Positions 1-10,744 of a stretch of 64,000 bases of DNA are shown here, piece by piece. Within the stretch, counting starts at the first letter, position 1. Every line of letters begins with the position of its first letter. The position numbers and the translations under genes are program-made. The stretch spans positions 363,522 through 427,521 of the forward strand of contig NIVC01000452.1 in NCBI GenBank assembly GCA_002269645.1. The letters are read 5' to 3'. This stretch comes from Macrostomum lignano (Eukaryota). The notes under the pieces are model-generated. The model had not been told where the DNA came from. It was given only the letters and a program-made list of their open reading frames with translations, and made no database searches.

Positions 1-50
1 AAACCCTCTAAAAGTAACACACTCTGAAAGTAACACCCTCTGAAAGTAAT
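1..50 (+). repeat. short tandem repeat (~15-bp unit CTCTGAAAGTAACAC), cut by the window edge
   Basis: three imperfect copies visible at 1-50. Confidence 0.6.
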
Positions 51-506
51 ATCGTTGTCTATGTATGACTATAATGTCAGTGGAAACCGCATGCAAGGCT
101 TTGAGCAAAAATTCAACCTTCCCTCTGTACATTGGGTCAATTCATAAGATTCACCTTAATATAAACCTTGTCAATGATACAATACGTTGATACGTTATAT
201 TTGGCAGTGTTTAGAAGGTTCATGCAATGAATTGAGTCTTCACAATAAGGCTTTATCTTTCGGCTACTAGCCAAACGAACAAAAAAACCAAGAAGCACAA
301 CTCTCCCTGGGGAGACTAATAATTATATAATTTAACCAACAAATCAATTTTTATAAATAAATGGGGTGGTGGCTGCTGAAGATATTAGCAATGGGGGCTG
401 GGGCTGAAACGTACGTATACAAAAATTAATGGCATGATGAAAATTTTACGCAGGTGAATCCATGCAAATACATTTAAATGAAGCTCTCTCCTAAACGGGC
501 AGTGTA

Positions 507-1896
507 CACCATTTTACCCTCGATTTTGAACAAGGAGAACTTCGAGACTGACAAACTCCTCTTCAATATTGACACTCTATGGTCGGGCACTCAAAATCTA
601 CAATCAATATTGACAGATCAAGCTTCAATTTTGACAAACTCTGGTTCAATTTTGACAATGCACGTTTAGTCAACTTCTCCTGGGAGAATTCGGTAACAAA
701 GTAATCCAATGAAAGCCTGAACGGGGCTGAAGTGAGCTGTGCAAAATCAGCTTATTCTGACTTTGCTTTTTGGATCTACAAGTATTGATAAAAAAAATTT
801 TCTCCATCCTTTACACGCAGACTAAAATATCCTGACTGGTTGGGCTGCAAAGTCCGATTCTATTTTGACAGAGTTGCTTCAAAACTGACACTATGGTTTG
901 TGTACCCAAAAAGTCCGCTTCATTTTTGACTACTCCTAATCAATATTGAACAGTTTACAATCAGTTTTGACTAAGACATTTTTAAAAATCGATTTGGACA
1001 ATTTTTACTAAGATTTCTCTCTTGAGGGGGTACTTGCTATTTGGGAGAGGGGGTACTGGCTGCATGTATCTACGAGTACATGTATGGGAATCTTTCTATC
1101 CAGGGATGCTTGCTTGAGTCCCTGCTCTCTCAAGGGACTCTAGCAAAAGGCCGGTCATTTAACATCCCAAGACAGCAAGCATACACCCAGATAGCCAGCA
1201 TACACCCAGATAGCAAGCATCTTGCAGATAGCAAGCATCATCCAGGTAGCAAACATCCAACCAGATAGCAAACATCCAACCAGATAGCAAGCATCCCTGG
1301 ATAGAAAGATTCCCATACATGTACTCGTAGATACATGCAGCCAGTACCCCCTCTCCCAAATAGCAAGTACCCCCCTCAAGAGAGAAATCTTAGTAAAAAT
1401 TGTCAAAATCTATTTTAAAAAATGTCTTAGTCAAAATCGATTGTAAACTGTTCAATATTGATTAGGAGTAGTCAAAAATGAAGCGGACTTTTTGGGTACA
1501 CAAACCATAGAGTGTCAGTTTTGAAGCAACTCTGTCAAAATAGAATCGGACTTTGCAGCCCAACCAGTCAGGATATTTTAGTCTGCGTGTAAAGGATGGA
1601 GAAAATTTTTTTTATCAATACTTGTAGATCCAAAAAGCAAAGTCAGAATAAGCTGATTTTGCACAGCTCACTTCAGCCCCGTTCAGGCTTTCATTGGATT
1701 ACTTTGTTACCGAATTCTCCCAGGAGAAGTTGACTAAACGTGCATTGTCAAAATTGAACCAGAGTTTGTCAAAATTGAAGCTTGATCTGTCAATATTGAT
1801 TGTAGATTTTGAGTGCCCGACCATAGAGTGTCAATATTGAAGAGGAGTTTGTCAGTCTCGAAGTTCTCCTTGTTTAAAATCGAGGGTAAACTGGTG
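507..1896. mobile_element. foldback/long-TIR non-autonomous DNA transposon with TA target-site duplication
   Basis: 507-1114 is a near-identical reverse complement of 1286-1896 (the same peptide LPSILNKENFETDKLL...TMHV appears in ORFs 478+ and 1734-); 171-bp spacer with CCAGATAGCAAGCAT-like repeats; ends CACCA..TGGTG flanked by TA at 505-506 and 1897-1898. Confidence 0.9.
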
Positions 1897-1999
1897 TATA
1901 ACGTTATACATACAAGAGTATTCGAACCATTGGGCATGACGAAATTACTGCTACGAGCGTATCAAAGCGGGGGTGGGGGGCACAGCCCCCCACATTTAA

Positions 2000-2457
2000 C
2001 CATAGATATAAAAATTAAAGTAAAAGATTCGATGCTTAAATTAAAAGCTAGGGACGATATAGCCCGCGTCACTGGACATTCGTCCAACGCAATAGAGAGG
2101 TACATACGGCTAGACGTCCAGGATCATTCGCGTATGACCTACGCTCTACACGCCGGAGGAGCCGTGGAGTCCAATGGGCGGACCAATGAGCAAGATGTCG
2201 TGTCTGAGGGTACTACCAAGAAGATGCGCATGACTGTCCACGGTGACACCAACACCGTAGAAATCATGTTCGAGAGAATCGGCAAGAATGAATCGGTCGT
2301 TACTGCTGTTGATAGTTTATACTTCTAATGGACTAACTGACAAATTATAGTCGTTCTAAAATGTTCTCAAGCCTTGTTCTTAGGCCTGTTAACCGGTTAA
2401 CAGGCCTCGTTTTGAGTTCTCAGGCTTCGTTTTTTAGTGAGGTTTGGCCATAGACTA
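2000..2457 (+). mobile_element. Crypton-like tyrosine recombinase remnant (C-terminal catalytic box only)
   Basis: 2051-2328 encodes DDIARVTGHSSNAIERYIRLDVQDHSRMTYAL, matching the YR/Crypton box II pattern I..xTGHxS..(x)Y; bounded by CCATAGA direct repeats at 2000 and 2448; perfect 26-bp palindrome at 2382-2407. Confidence 0.7.
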
Positions 2458-2884
2458 TCATTCTACACAGAAAAGAAGGAGCCTAGGAATTTAGTGTGAA
2501 CCGTCATATCTGTAGGTTAACTTATATTCCCTAGATAGGCCACTTTGTATTGCGGCAATAGGCAAAAGCGCGACCGCTGTTTTTCGTCACTTGTGCGAAA
2601 AAAGCCGACGTGGGTTGCTTAAATTTAAGTTCAGTAGCTTGGGGACATAGACGCTATTTTTGAGAATTCGATAGAACTTCTCATCAATTAAATAAAAAGC
2701 TACTCAATCAAACTATAAGAATGATGCATGCACTGCAGAGACTACTGATGAAATTTAGTTCAGTAGCTGATTTTCGCGCTGTCGCGAGTTGCAGAATTCT
2801 TCACTTTGGCTTCTATGGCCTCAAAAGTTTATAAGCCCAACTTTTGTGGCTTATTACCACTACAAGACTGGCTTTGCCTGCTAG

Positions 2885-5314
2885 CATACCCGTTCCCGAC
2901 GGCTTGGTCCGAAATCTGGCCATAGACAAATTAAACAAATTTTCTTAGTCTCACTTTCACACCCAAGTCAAATGCATTCCATAGAGTTCTAGCATAGTTT
3001 CCAAGATCCATTCAAACTAATCGTTTATCAACAAACCATGGATTCTGGTGCGAGTTCGGATTCAGCTGATTCGTCTAGCTATTACTCAACTGCTGACGAG
3101 GCTGTTGATGAGTTTGACGATGAGGTTAAGAACCCAGGAGTCGAGAATGTTGGTGAGTGGCACATAGTTCAAGGTGACACTGATAATCGACCATCAGCCT
3201 TGCCTGAATTCCTCGGTACCCCCGGTGCACGACCTGATTGGCATTCTCCACATGCTGCGGATGGAAACGAAGAAGCTTTCCAGAAGCTATTTCTGACGGA
3301 CCAACTGTTTGAAGATATTAGCCGATGGACCAACGCAAAAGCTTGGAAGATCTTTCAGGAGGCAGAGATTCAGGATGCTGTACCGAAGCTCATGTTAAAC
3401 TGGCGTGATTGCTCCACTAATGAAGCTCGAAGGTTGGTGGGCATTGTGCTGCTCATGGGAGTCGACAAGAAGCCAGAAATAGCCAGCTACTGGTCAACCG
3501 ACCTGATCTTTCACTGCCCGTTTCTTTCCAAGCCTTTCTCTCTATCAAGAGACCGATTTAAGCAGCTCCTGTCGTGTCTCCGTTTCTACGACTGCTCCGA
3601 GGCTTTTGGTGCTGGTCCATTGGCAAAGATGGAGCCCTTTCTCGATCGTGTGAGGCACCTCTGCAACAATAACTACATGCCCCGACAGCGACTTTCAATT
3701 GATGAGACGCTGGTGCTTTACAAAGGGAGAGTTGCTTTCAAGCAATATATCACGTCGAAGCGAAGCAAGTATGGCATAAAGCTGTACGGCCTCTGCGAGA
3801 CTGAGAGTTCATATTTATGGAACTTCGTCTTGCACACGTCTCCTGAGGTTAATCAACAGTTTGGTGAAGGACTCAGATGTCAAGGCTTGAGTATGAGCGA
3901 GAGAGTTGTGGCAGAGCTGTGCCGCGGTCTCCTCCATCTCGGACATCATGTGTTCACTGATAGTTGGTTTACATCACGCCGGCTGGCCAATTGGTTGCTG
4001 CAACACGATACGCTGCTGACCGGGACGGTGCGGAAGGATCGCGGCATTCCCGCTGATTTGCAGGCTGTCAACATCCACCCAACTTCATCTGCATACGCAC
4101 GTTCAGGTGACCTCTTAGCGTGTAAATTTGTCGACAGGAAGCGAAGCGGCACCAAGACCCTGTATTCGCTGGACACGGCGGGCAAGGCAGAATGCATTCA
4201 GGTTCAACGCAACCGTCGCGGTGGTGCAATGCAGGTTGTGCAAAAGCCTGCTAGCGTGCTTGCCTATTCTTCAAGTATGGGCGGGATTGACCATTTGGAC
4301 GCCTCAATGCACCCGTATCTCGCGAACCGAAAGCGCATGCGCTGGTTCCACAAGCTGGGATTTCATCTTCTTGCGATGCTTGTGCGGAACTCGTGGGTGA
4401 TCTACCGACAGTCAGGTGGCACAAAGATTCTTCTGCAGTTTCTGAGGCTGGCAATAAAGAGTCTTGTGGAGGACACTGGGGTTGCCAGGAGACGTGGACC
4501 TACACCAGGTGGTGCTGGCGCTCTTGCTATTGGCGGAGGAGATGGTGCTGACGCCCATTCACCAAGCAAGGCTCCAAGAATCGGAGACCAGGTCCGACCA
4601 CGCAAAAGATGTCGTGTTTGCTATGCAGCTGGCCAGGTCAAGAAGACTATATTCGTTTGCGAAGCCTGCCCGGGAGTTCCAGCCCTTTGCCTAGGTGCCT
4701 GTTTTTTACAGTGGCACTCGCACTAACTATTAGCTATTAGCTTTATTACCTTTAAACCATTAGATGAATCAAAACCGTTATTACGTAATCGAATTTTTGT
4801 TTATGTTAATGTTCGTTATTCACTGAATTGTTATACGTTGAATTATTCGTGTATGAATTTTTTTCGGCTCTATTGCAGTCTCGTGCAAGTGCATGTACCA
4901 CAGTTCTGAGTCTCCTATTCAGGCACAATCCCTTAACTGGCCGTTCCCTTTCATCACCTACCCACATGTACCTAACCACCTACCTAACTACCCACCTACC
5001 TACTCATTGTACCATCCTGCTTACTCGTATCTTACAGATGCTCCAGTGTTTACATCTTTTCCTATTTGGAAATTGTCCCTTATAAGTCATGTAATTAGAC
5101 TATTCCGGCTTTATTGGGAACAAGCTTACTTCGTACAAGCAATTTTTACAGTTTTGTTGAAAACTTCCGCGGTGTAGTTTTATTATAAACGAGCAATTAA
5201 AATTACAGGTATGACAGATCTAAGCTAATAATTCTCATTTTTGTGTCATCTACTATTTGCAACATTCTTAGACACTGACCCGAAATCGGGCCATTCCCGT
5301 CGGGAACGGGTGTG
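2885..5314 (+). mobile_element. piggyBac-superfamily DNA transposon
   Basis: 18-bp TIRs CATACCCGTTCCCGACGG (2885) / CCGTCGGGAACGGGTGTG (ends 5314), 17/18 match, with imperfect extension to ~40 bp; flanks CTAG (2881-2884) and CTGA(G) (5315-5319); encloses the transposase ORF. Confidence 0.85.
3038..4726 (+). CDS. piggyBac transposase (PGBD4-like), 562 aa, intact ORF
   Basis: acidic N-terminus; DDD triad motifs LSIDETL, FTDSWFTS, MGGIDHLD; KRSKYGIK motif; C-terminal Cys-rich domain CRVC..CEACPGVPALCLGACF..WH. Confidence 0.97.
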   Translation: MDSGASSDSADSSSYYSTADEAVDEFDDEVKNPGVENVGEWHIVQGDTDNRPSALPEFLGTPGARPDWHSPHAADGNEEAFQKLFLTDQLFEDISRWTNAKAWKIFQEAEIQDAVPKLMLNWRDCSTNEARRLVGIVLLMGVDKKPEIASYWSTDLIFHCPFLSKPFSLSRDRFKQLLSCLRFYDCSEAFGAGPLAKMEPFLDRVRHLCNNNYMPRQRLSIDETLVLYKGRVAFKQYITSKRSKYGIKLYGLCETESSYLWNFVLHTSPEVNQQFGEGLRCQGLSMSERVVAELCRGLLHLGHHVFTDSWFTSRRLANWLLQHDTLLTGTVRKDRGIPADLQAVNIHPTSSAYARSGDLLACKFVDRKRSGTKTLYSLDTAGKAECIQVQRNRRGGAMQVVQKPASVLAYSSSMGGIDHLDASMHPYLANRKRMRWFHKLGFHLLAMLVRNSWVIYRQSGGTKILLQFLRLAIKSLVEDTGVARRRGPTPGGAGALAIGGGDGADAHSPSKAPRIGDQVRPRKRCRVCYAAGQVKKTIFVCEACPGVPALCLGACFLQWHSH

Positions 5315-5400
5315 CTGAGATGATGATTGTCATTAACTTTTCTGAGCTCAAGTGTCCCTTTTCGGGGTATCAATGAATGAAATTTCGTCTCGAATTTTCG

Positions 5401-6161
5401 TAGTCTATGGTAAAACAAGTTGCAACCAAGTATGCTTTTATATTTGAAAAGAAATTATACATTTATAGGATTATTATGATTTTGTTTTCTTTTACGCTTT
5501 CGCACTTTTATAATTTCTTTACAGTAACGCAACAATTTTCGGCTTGTTAGTTTAGTTCATTCAATCAAACGACGTTTTACTTATTCCAAACTGCTTACCA
5601 ACTCCAGTTAGATTAAACGTGCAATTCTGGAAGGTCCCGTTGAAGTTCACGACGATTGCAGCCGGCTCTGATTGCCGTTCTCCATACTTGGTTTCAATAG
5701 CCCTTGTCTCACTGATCACCACTTCACCATCCTGACCAACACGACGGATAGGAACCTGGGAGGCGCTTGTCTCGACGCTCAGCGCTGATGACATTGCACG
5801 GAAGTCGGCATCGCGCCTCACTCGCGTACCGGTATAGCGCTCTACACTCGCTGAATTCTTGTGGCCGGTGTTAACCGCGATGGTCCTGATCTTCGCTTAG
5901 GATCTGAATCTCTTCAGCGTCTAGTTGTCGAGCGAACTCGCCACTCAATTCTCTCAAATAGCGGGTTGCTGACTCTGACGACACCCAATTCAACTCCTCT
6001 GTTGACAGACCACTGATAAGAAACTTTGGTCGGGCAGATTCGCATAGTTCAACATTCTTAGTCAGTAGTTGATTAGACAGACAGAACTTTCTAGAATCGT
6101 TGCTTCAAAACGCGGCTCCATAGCCCAGTCCTCTCGATTAATCCGAGTGTTTAGTCTATGG
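5401..6161 (-). mobile_element. second Crypton-like tyrosine recombinase remnant (internally deleted, frameshifted)
   Basis: minus strand reads IRTIAVNTGHKNSASVERYTGTR..RAMSSAL..VVNFNGTFQNCTFNL (box II GH..Y plus the FxNCTFN tail typical of Crypton-derived proteins); upstream frame EFARQLDAEEIQILSEDQD resembles a Crypton N-terminus; exact 10-bp direct repeats TAGTCTATGG at 5401 and 6152. Confidence 0.75.
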
Positions 6162-7216
6162 CACAAAGATTTGCCCATCCACCGAAAAAAATAGCCTTCG
6201 ACCATAGACTTTCTCAACTTTCTGCCTATCTCTAACATAGTGCCCGCAAATTTACACATTGTTACCCGCAAATTTCTTGCATTGATTAAGTTAATGACAA
6301 TATTATTGGCGCCCTCAAAATTCCACATTGACAACTGCAAAATTCTATGTTAATGTTATATTGATTTGCCATAGACTTTTACAAACGCGCAGCCGTTCGC
6401 TTCGGTGCTGGCGGGATGACCCGAAATCGGGCCATCCGCCCGCTCATGGTCAATAGGCCACAAGGTTAATAAGCCGCCTATATCTTGTTTATTTGTGATC
6501 TTTGGTCAAACCTGGGTACTGCAGTATGACGCAAGAGTCAGATGCGTTCACAGCTGAGCTGCTCTGTCCCATGACTCTCATTAACTTAAAAAATCCTCAC
6601 AAGTGTCGCATCATACTACTGACATGAGCTGCTAGCTTGATTCTGAGCAGATTCGCTTTACTTTATGTGTGCCGGCCCGCTGTCAACCTGTAAACGAGAG
6701 CACACTGACCGCGGCACCATTCAAGATAAATATTGCACTTATAATTACATGCATAAAAAGGCAGTTAGTTCTCTGAAAATATTGCCTCCTTAAATCACGA
6801 ATAGTGTTCTAGCTAAACATGCTTATACCTCGTGTGCAATAGCTGCGTAAACTTTAGCTCATTCAAAGCCCTTCAGGTCAATATCGATTTGCTACAGAGT
6901 ATGCTTATTTTAATACAGTCCATAGCGTGGCCATCGATTCTTTCCTGCCAACAAGGAGGGGGTGGTTGTAATGGGGCTGCGAGAAAACACCTGCCCTTGA
7001 AAGCGACCATCGACCACTTGGCAGCTGGCCTGGCTACGGTCGGCGCGGCAATTACTCGCATGGGGGAACCATTTTTTTAATTTCTCAACCAACTAGCTCG
7101 AGTGGACTTGGTAGAAAATGCAAGTGGTGTACCGAATTCCCTGATTACCGATTAACCGGTTCTCGATTCACCTACCCGTACATGTACTTATTTACAATTC
7201 ATATCCGGTTCGCTCC

Positions 7217-7780
7217 TTGGCCCCGTGCCTCTTGCCCCATATCCACGCCACGGTCATTAACTGTCAGATTAGTGACTGGGCGGATATCCTGCACCTATGC
7301 AGATGGGACGACATTCCCGACTGCTGCCAATCCCGATCGGCAGTGCCCAATCTGTCCCTCAAGTTGTTGAGAATCCTTTTGAACCAGAATCGAAAAGATA
7401 TCCGCGCTCTCACTATGACCTTCACAGGTCACGGTTGCTTTGCCAGGCACTGCTTCCTCCGAGGCGTCCGCCGGAGTGAACTCTGCCACTTCTGCAACCT
7501 CGAAAATGAAGACGCCAAGCACTTCGTCTGCTACTGCCCGGCCTTCAACCTGTCCCTGGACAATCCCCGGAAGAAAACATCCCACGGCTCATCCGGTTCC
7601 TCCGGGCTACCAAACGAGCCTCCGTCTTCCCCACCAAAGACAACGCTGCAGACAGGACCGGCAGACCTCCCTGACCGGCCCCGCACCCTAGCCTATGCAG
7701 GCTTTTCAGAGATTAGCGAAATAGGCGACGCCCGCCTCCCCGCTGCGTCTTCGGACCGTCCTACAGCTATGTCAAGTAAG
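7217..7780 (+). mobile_element. 5'-truncated non-LTR retrotransposon (R1/LOA/I-group-like ORF2 C-terminus)
   Basis: W..IPDCCQSR..LL..NRKDIRAL..FTGHGCFARH..CHFC..E..KHFVCYCPAF is the CCHC knuckle that follows RNase H; continues after a frameshift as ENIPRLIRFLRATKR with stop ~7674; 3' end TCAAGTAAGT resembles a short tandem tail. Confidence 0.8.
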
Positions 7781-7851
7781 TCCCTATTCCCGATTTGCCA
7801 ATAATCGATTCCCAGATTCACCGATTCCCAATTCACCGATTTCCGATTCAC

Positions 7852-8396
7852 CGCGCCGTACGGCTTTTTCAACGACTCCGAAGCCGCCTCTGCCGATCTC
7901 CTCGATCGTCTCCAGCTCACTGGCCGTAATCTCGACGAGTTCTGAAGACTCGTCGACACTTTGGTATGAAATCTCAGACGGCACAGGATCCGGTACGTCG
8001 ACCTCCATCTGGGTCTCGAATCGGGTCTGAAAGTCGGAGTTCTCCCTCATTTGGCGAGCCCAATACTCCATGCGTCGCTGCTGGTCGTCGCTCTTTTGGT
8101 ACTCGACGCAGCTTCCCTGCGGCAACGACTGTTTGTAGACCCTGTCGATGGGGCTGAACTCGTTGATGGTACCGTCCTTGAGCCGGGGCACCCACCTCGG
8201 CACGCTTTCGCCATGGACTCGAGCTTGCTCAGCGACCCAGTCCTTGGCTGCACTCGTCCGCATGTCAGGCGTCCCGTTCTTCTTGTAGTGCAGACCGTCG
8301 CCATAGTTACCTCCTGGTGAAGAGATCGGAGCTGGTCTCTGTGAACCGTAGTTGCCTGCAGAAGCTTGGCTTGATCCAGTAGCTTGCTTGGACGAG
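7852..8396 (-). pseudogene. exon encoding a low-complexity N-terminal region plus a protein-kinase subdomain I (Gly-rich loop); no downstream kinase exons found
   Basis: acceptor TACAG| at 8396; open frame SSKQATG..GLHYKKNGTPDMRTSAAKDW..VEITASELETIEEIGRGGFGVVEKAVRRG; donor G|GTGAAT at 7852; TKL/Tyr-kinase-like IGxGxFGxV motif. Confidence 0.55.
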
Positions 8397-8855
8397 CTGT
8401 AGCGGCGAAAAGATTATTTGAACAACTCTGCAAAATGCGTGTTAACGGACTAGTATTCATTTGACAGCTGGACACTGGCACAACCATTTAAATCTTGAAA
8501 TTCTGAAAGAGATCCTTCAGGCCACAATCTTAAATTACCTTATTCACCATTTTTAAATGATCACAGCACCTTACTTCTACTATGCTGGACTATAAGTTAA
8601 TTATTTAGAAAGCTCATTAGTTAAAAGCGAAATTACTCATTAATTCTCTAGCACACCTCGCAAAAGATGTGGAAGCTTAACCTGGCAAAGTGCCTGGCCT
8701 GGAAAAGATTAGAGCTTAAGCCGCTCTTGACGCGTCAGTCAATTTTTTCTTGTGTTTCAGATCCTTGGCAAGAGCCAAATATAGATTATGATGAAAGTCA
8801 CGCGTGCTGCATGAGGGAAGCGTTATTAAGGGACTTTTTTCACCATTGCTTTTTA

Positions 8856-9035
8856 GCGCCCCTGAGCATCCAAAGTGGCGCTCCCAAGCACTTCAATGAG
8901 CGCCCCTAAGCATCCCACATTGGCGCCCCAAAGCACCCTACATTGGCGCCCCAAAACGCCCCACGTTGGCGCCCCTAAGCACCCACATTGGTGCCCCAAA
9001 GAACCCCACGTTGGCACCCGTAAGCACCCACGTTG
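8856..9035 (+). repeat. minisatellite, ~24-bp unit GGCGCCCCTAAGCACCCACATT
   Basis: about 7 imperfect tandem copies. Confidence 0.75.
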
Positions 9036-10200
9036 TCTCTACGGTAATGCCACGAAGTCAGCTGCCATTGAGCAGACTTTCCACAGTAATTTACTTTAAA
9101 AATACTGTGAGACCTATTGGCCTTGCATCCAGATTGAGCCGGGTCGAGGAGGGCAGGGAGGGTCAAAGAGGGAGTTTGGGGCGAGGCGTCCGCGAGGAAC
9201 GAAAGGGGATTTTCAAGGAATTAGCATTCGAAATTGGCTCTCTGGAAAAAATGTTCCCCATTTCGAAGTTTGAGAGGCATTTCAGCGAGGAGAAGAAAAG
9301 CAGAAGAGAAGAGTCTTGCGATGCTTCATCTCTCCCCCCAAGCCCCGAACAGAAGAAGCTGGAAGGACCGCGGGGAATTCACTTTTGAGTTTTCCACATT
9401 TTTGCCTTTTGATGCCATTCGATACAAGGCTGAGAAGGCGAATCTCGGCAAGATTTGCTAATTACTTTGAGAGCTGAAGGCGAGCCTCCGCGGCCTGGGG
9501 GTTTCGGGAATAAGAAGACGGCGCTTCCCATAGGGAAAAGTTTAATTATTTCCCTGAGAAAAATAGCAGATTGCAATATACGAAAAGAAGCTTCAAAAAA
9601 AGAAATTGAAAGGCCAAACAAAAATTACTTAATAGCAGGATCAGAATACAAAAGTTTCCATATAGCTAAAACAGGCCCAAGGACCGCCAAAAATTCAAGT
9701 GACTTGGACTGGACTCCTGCAGTTGGCTTTGAATTTTTCGGACCAATGAGGGTTGACGGGGGCCACGCCAAAGAAGCGTGATGTTTTATTGCCGACTTGC
9801 TATATAGCTGGGCTCACACAGCGCGGAACGGCCCTTCCTCAGCTTGTAACAGAGTTTACGGTAGCTGGCTTAGCTAAACGACTTTGTCCTTATTCTATTA
9901 ATCCGGGATCTCGTCGCTGTAACCGTAAGTCCGCTCTCTAAAGAATTGCATATAGCGTCTTGCACATGTAATGCTGTACTACTGGCTATTGAAATCTATA
10001 CTGCTAACTTGTGCCGCACCCAGAGGCCGTGCGTGGACAGGCGTTCAATGCTTGATTAGTGAGGGTCAAGCTGATCAGTGATGCAGAGTCATTTTGAGTC
10101 TCTGGGCTATTGCATTTCTTGGTCTTTAGGTAGATTTTTTCGGTCATTGTGTGTCTTGGTCATTTAATTTTGAGTTTTATGACCATCGAGCGTCTGTTTA

Positions 10201-10744
10201 TAGAGATTTCCAGTCATAGATTTAGGTCATAGAGATTCTCGGTCATAGATTTAGGTCATAGAGATTCTCGGTCATAGATATAGGTCATAGAGATTCCTAG
10301 TCATAGATTTAGGTCATAGAGATTCCTAGTCATAGATTTAGGTCATAGAGATTCCTAGTCATAGATTTAGGTCATAGAGATTCCTAGTCATAGATTTAGG
10401 TCATAGAGATTCCTAGTCATAGATTTAGGTCATAGAGATTTTCGGTCATAGATTTCGTTATAGAGATTCTCGGTCATAGAGATTCTCGATCCTAAAGATT
10501 CTCGGTCATAGAGCTTCTCGGTCAGAGCTAATCGGATATAGAGATTTCCAGTCATAGATTCTCCGTTATAAATTTCAGTCATAGAGACTCTCGGTCATAG
10601 AGATTCTCAGTCATAGAGCTTTTTGGTTATAGAGATTCTCAGTTATAGAGATTTTCAGTCATAGAGAATCTCTGTCATAGAGCTTCTCGGTCATAAGGAT
10701 TCTCGATCTTGAAGATTCTCGGTCATAGAGACTCTCAGTCAGAG
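10201..10744 (+). repeat. minisatellite, 29-bp unit GAGATTCCTAGTCATAGATTTAGGTCATA degrading into 16-18-bp GAGATTCTCGGTCATA units
   Basis: direct inspection of tandem units. Confidence 0.9.
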
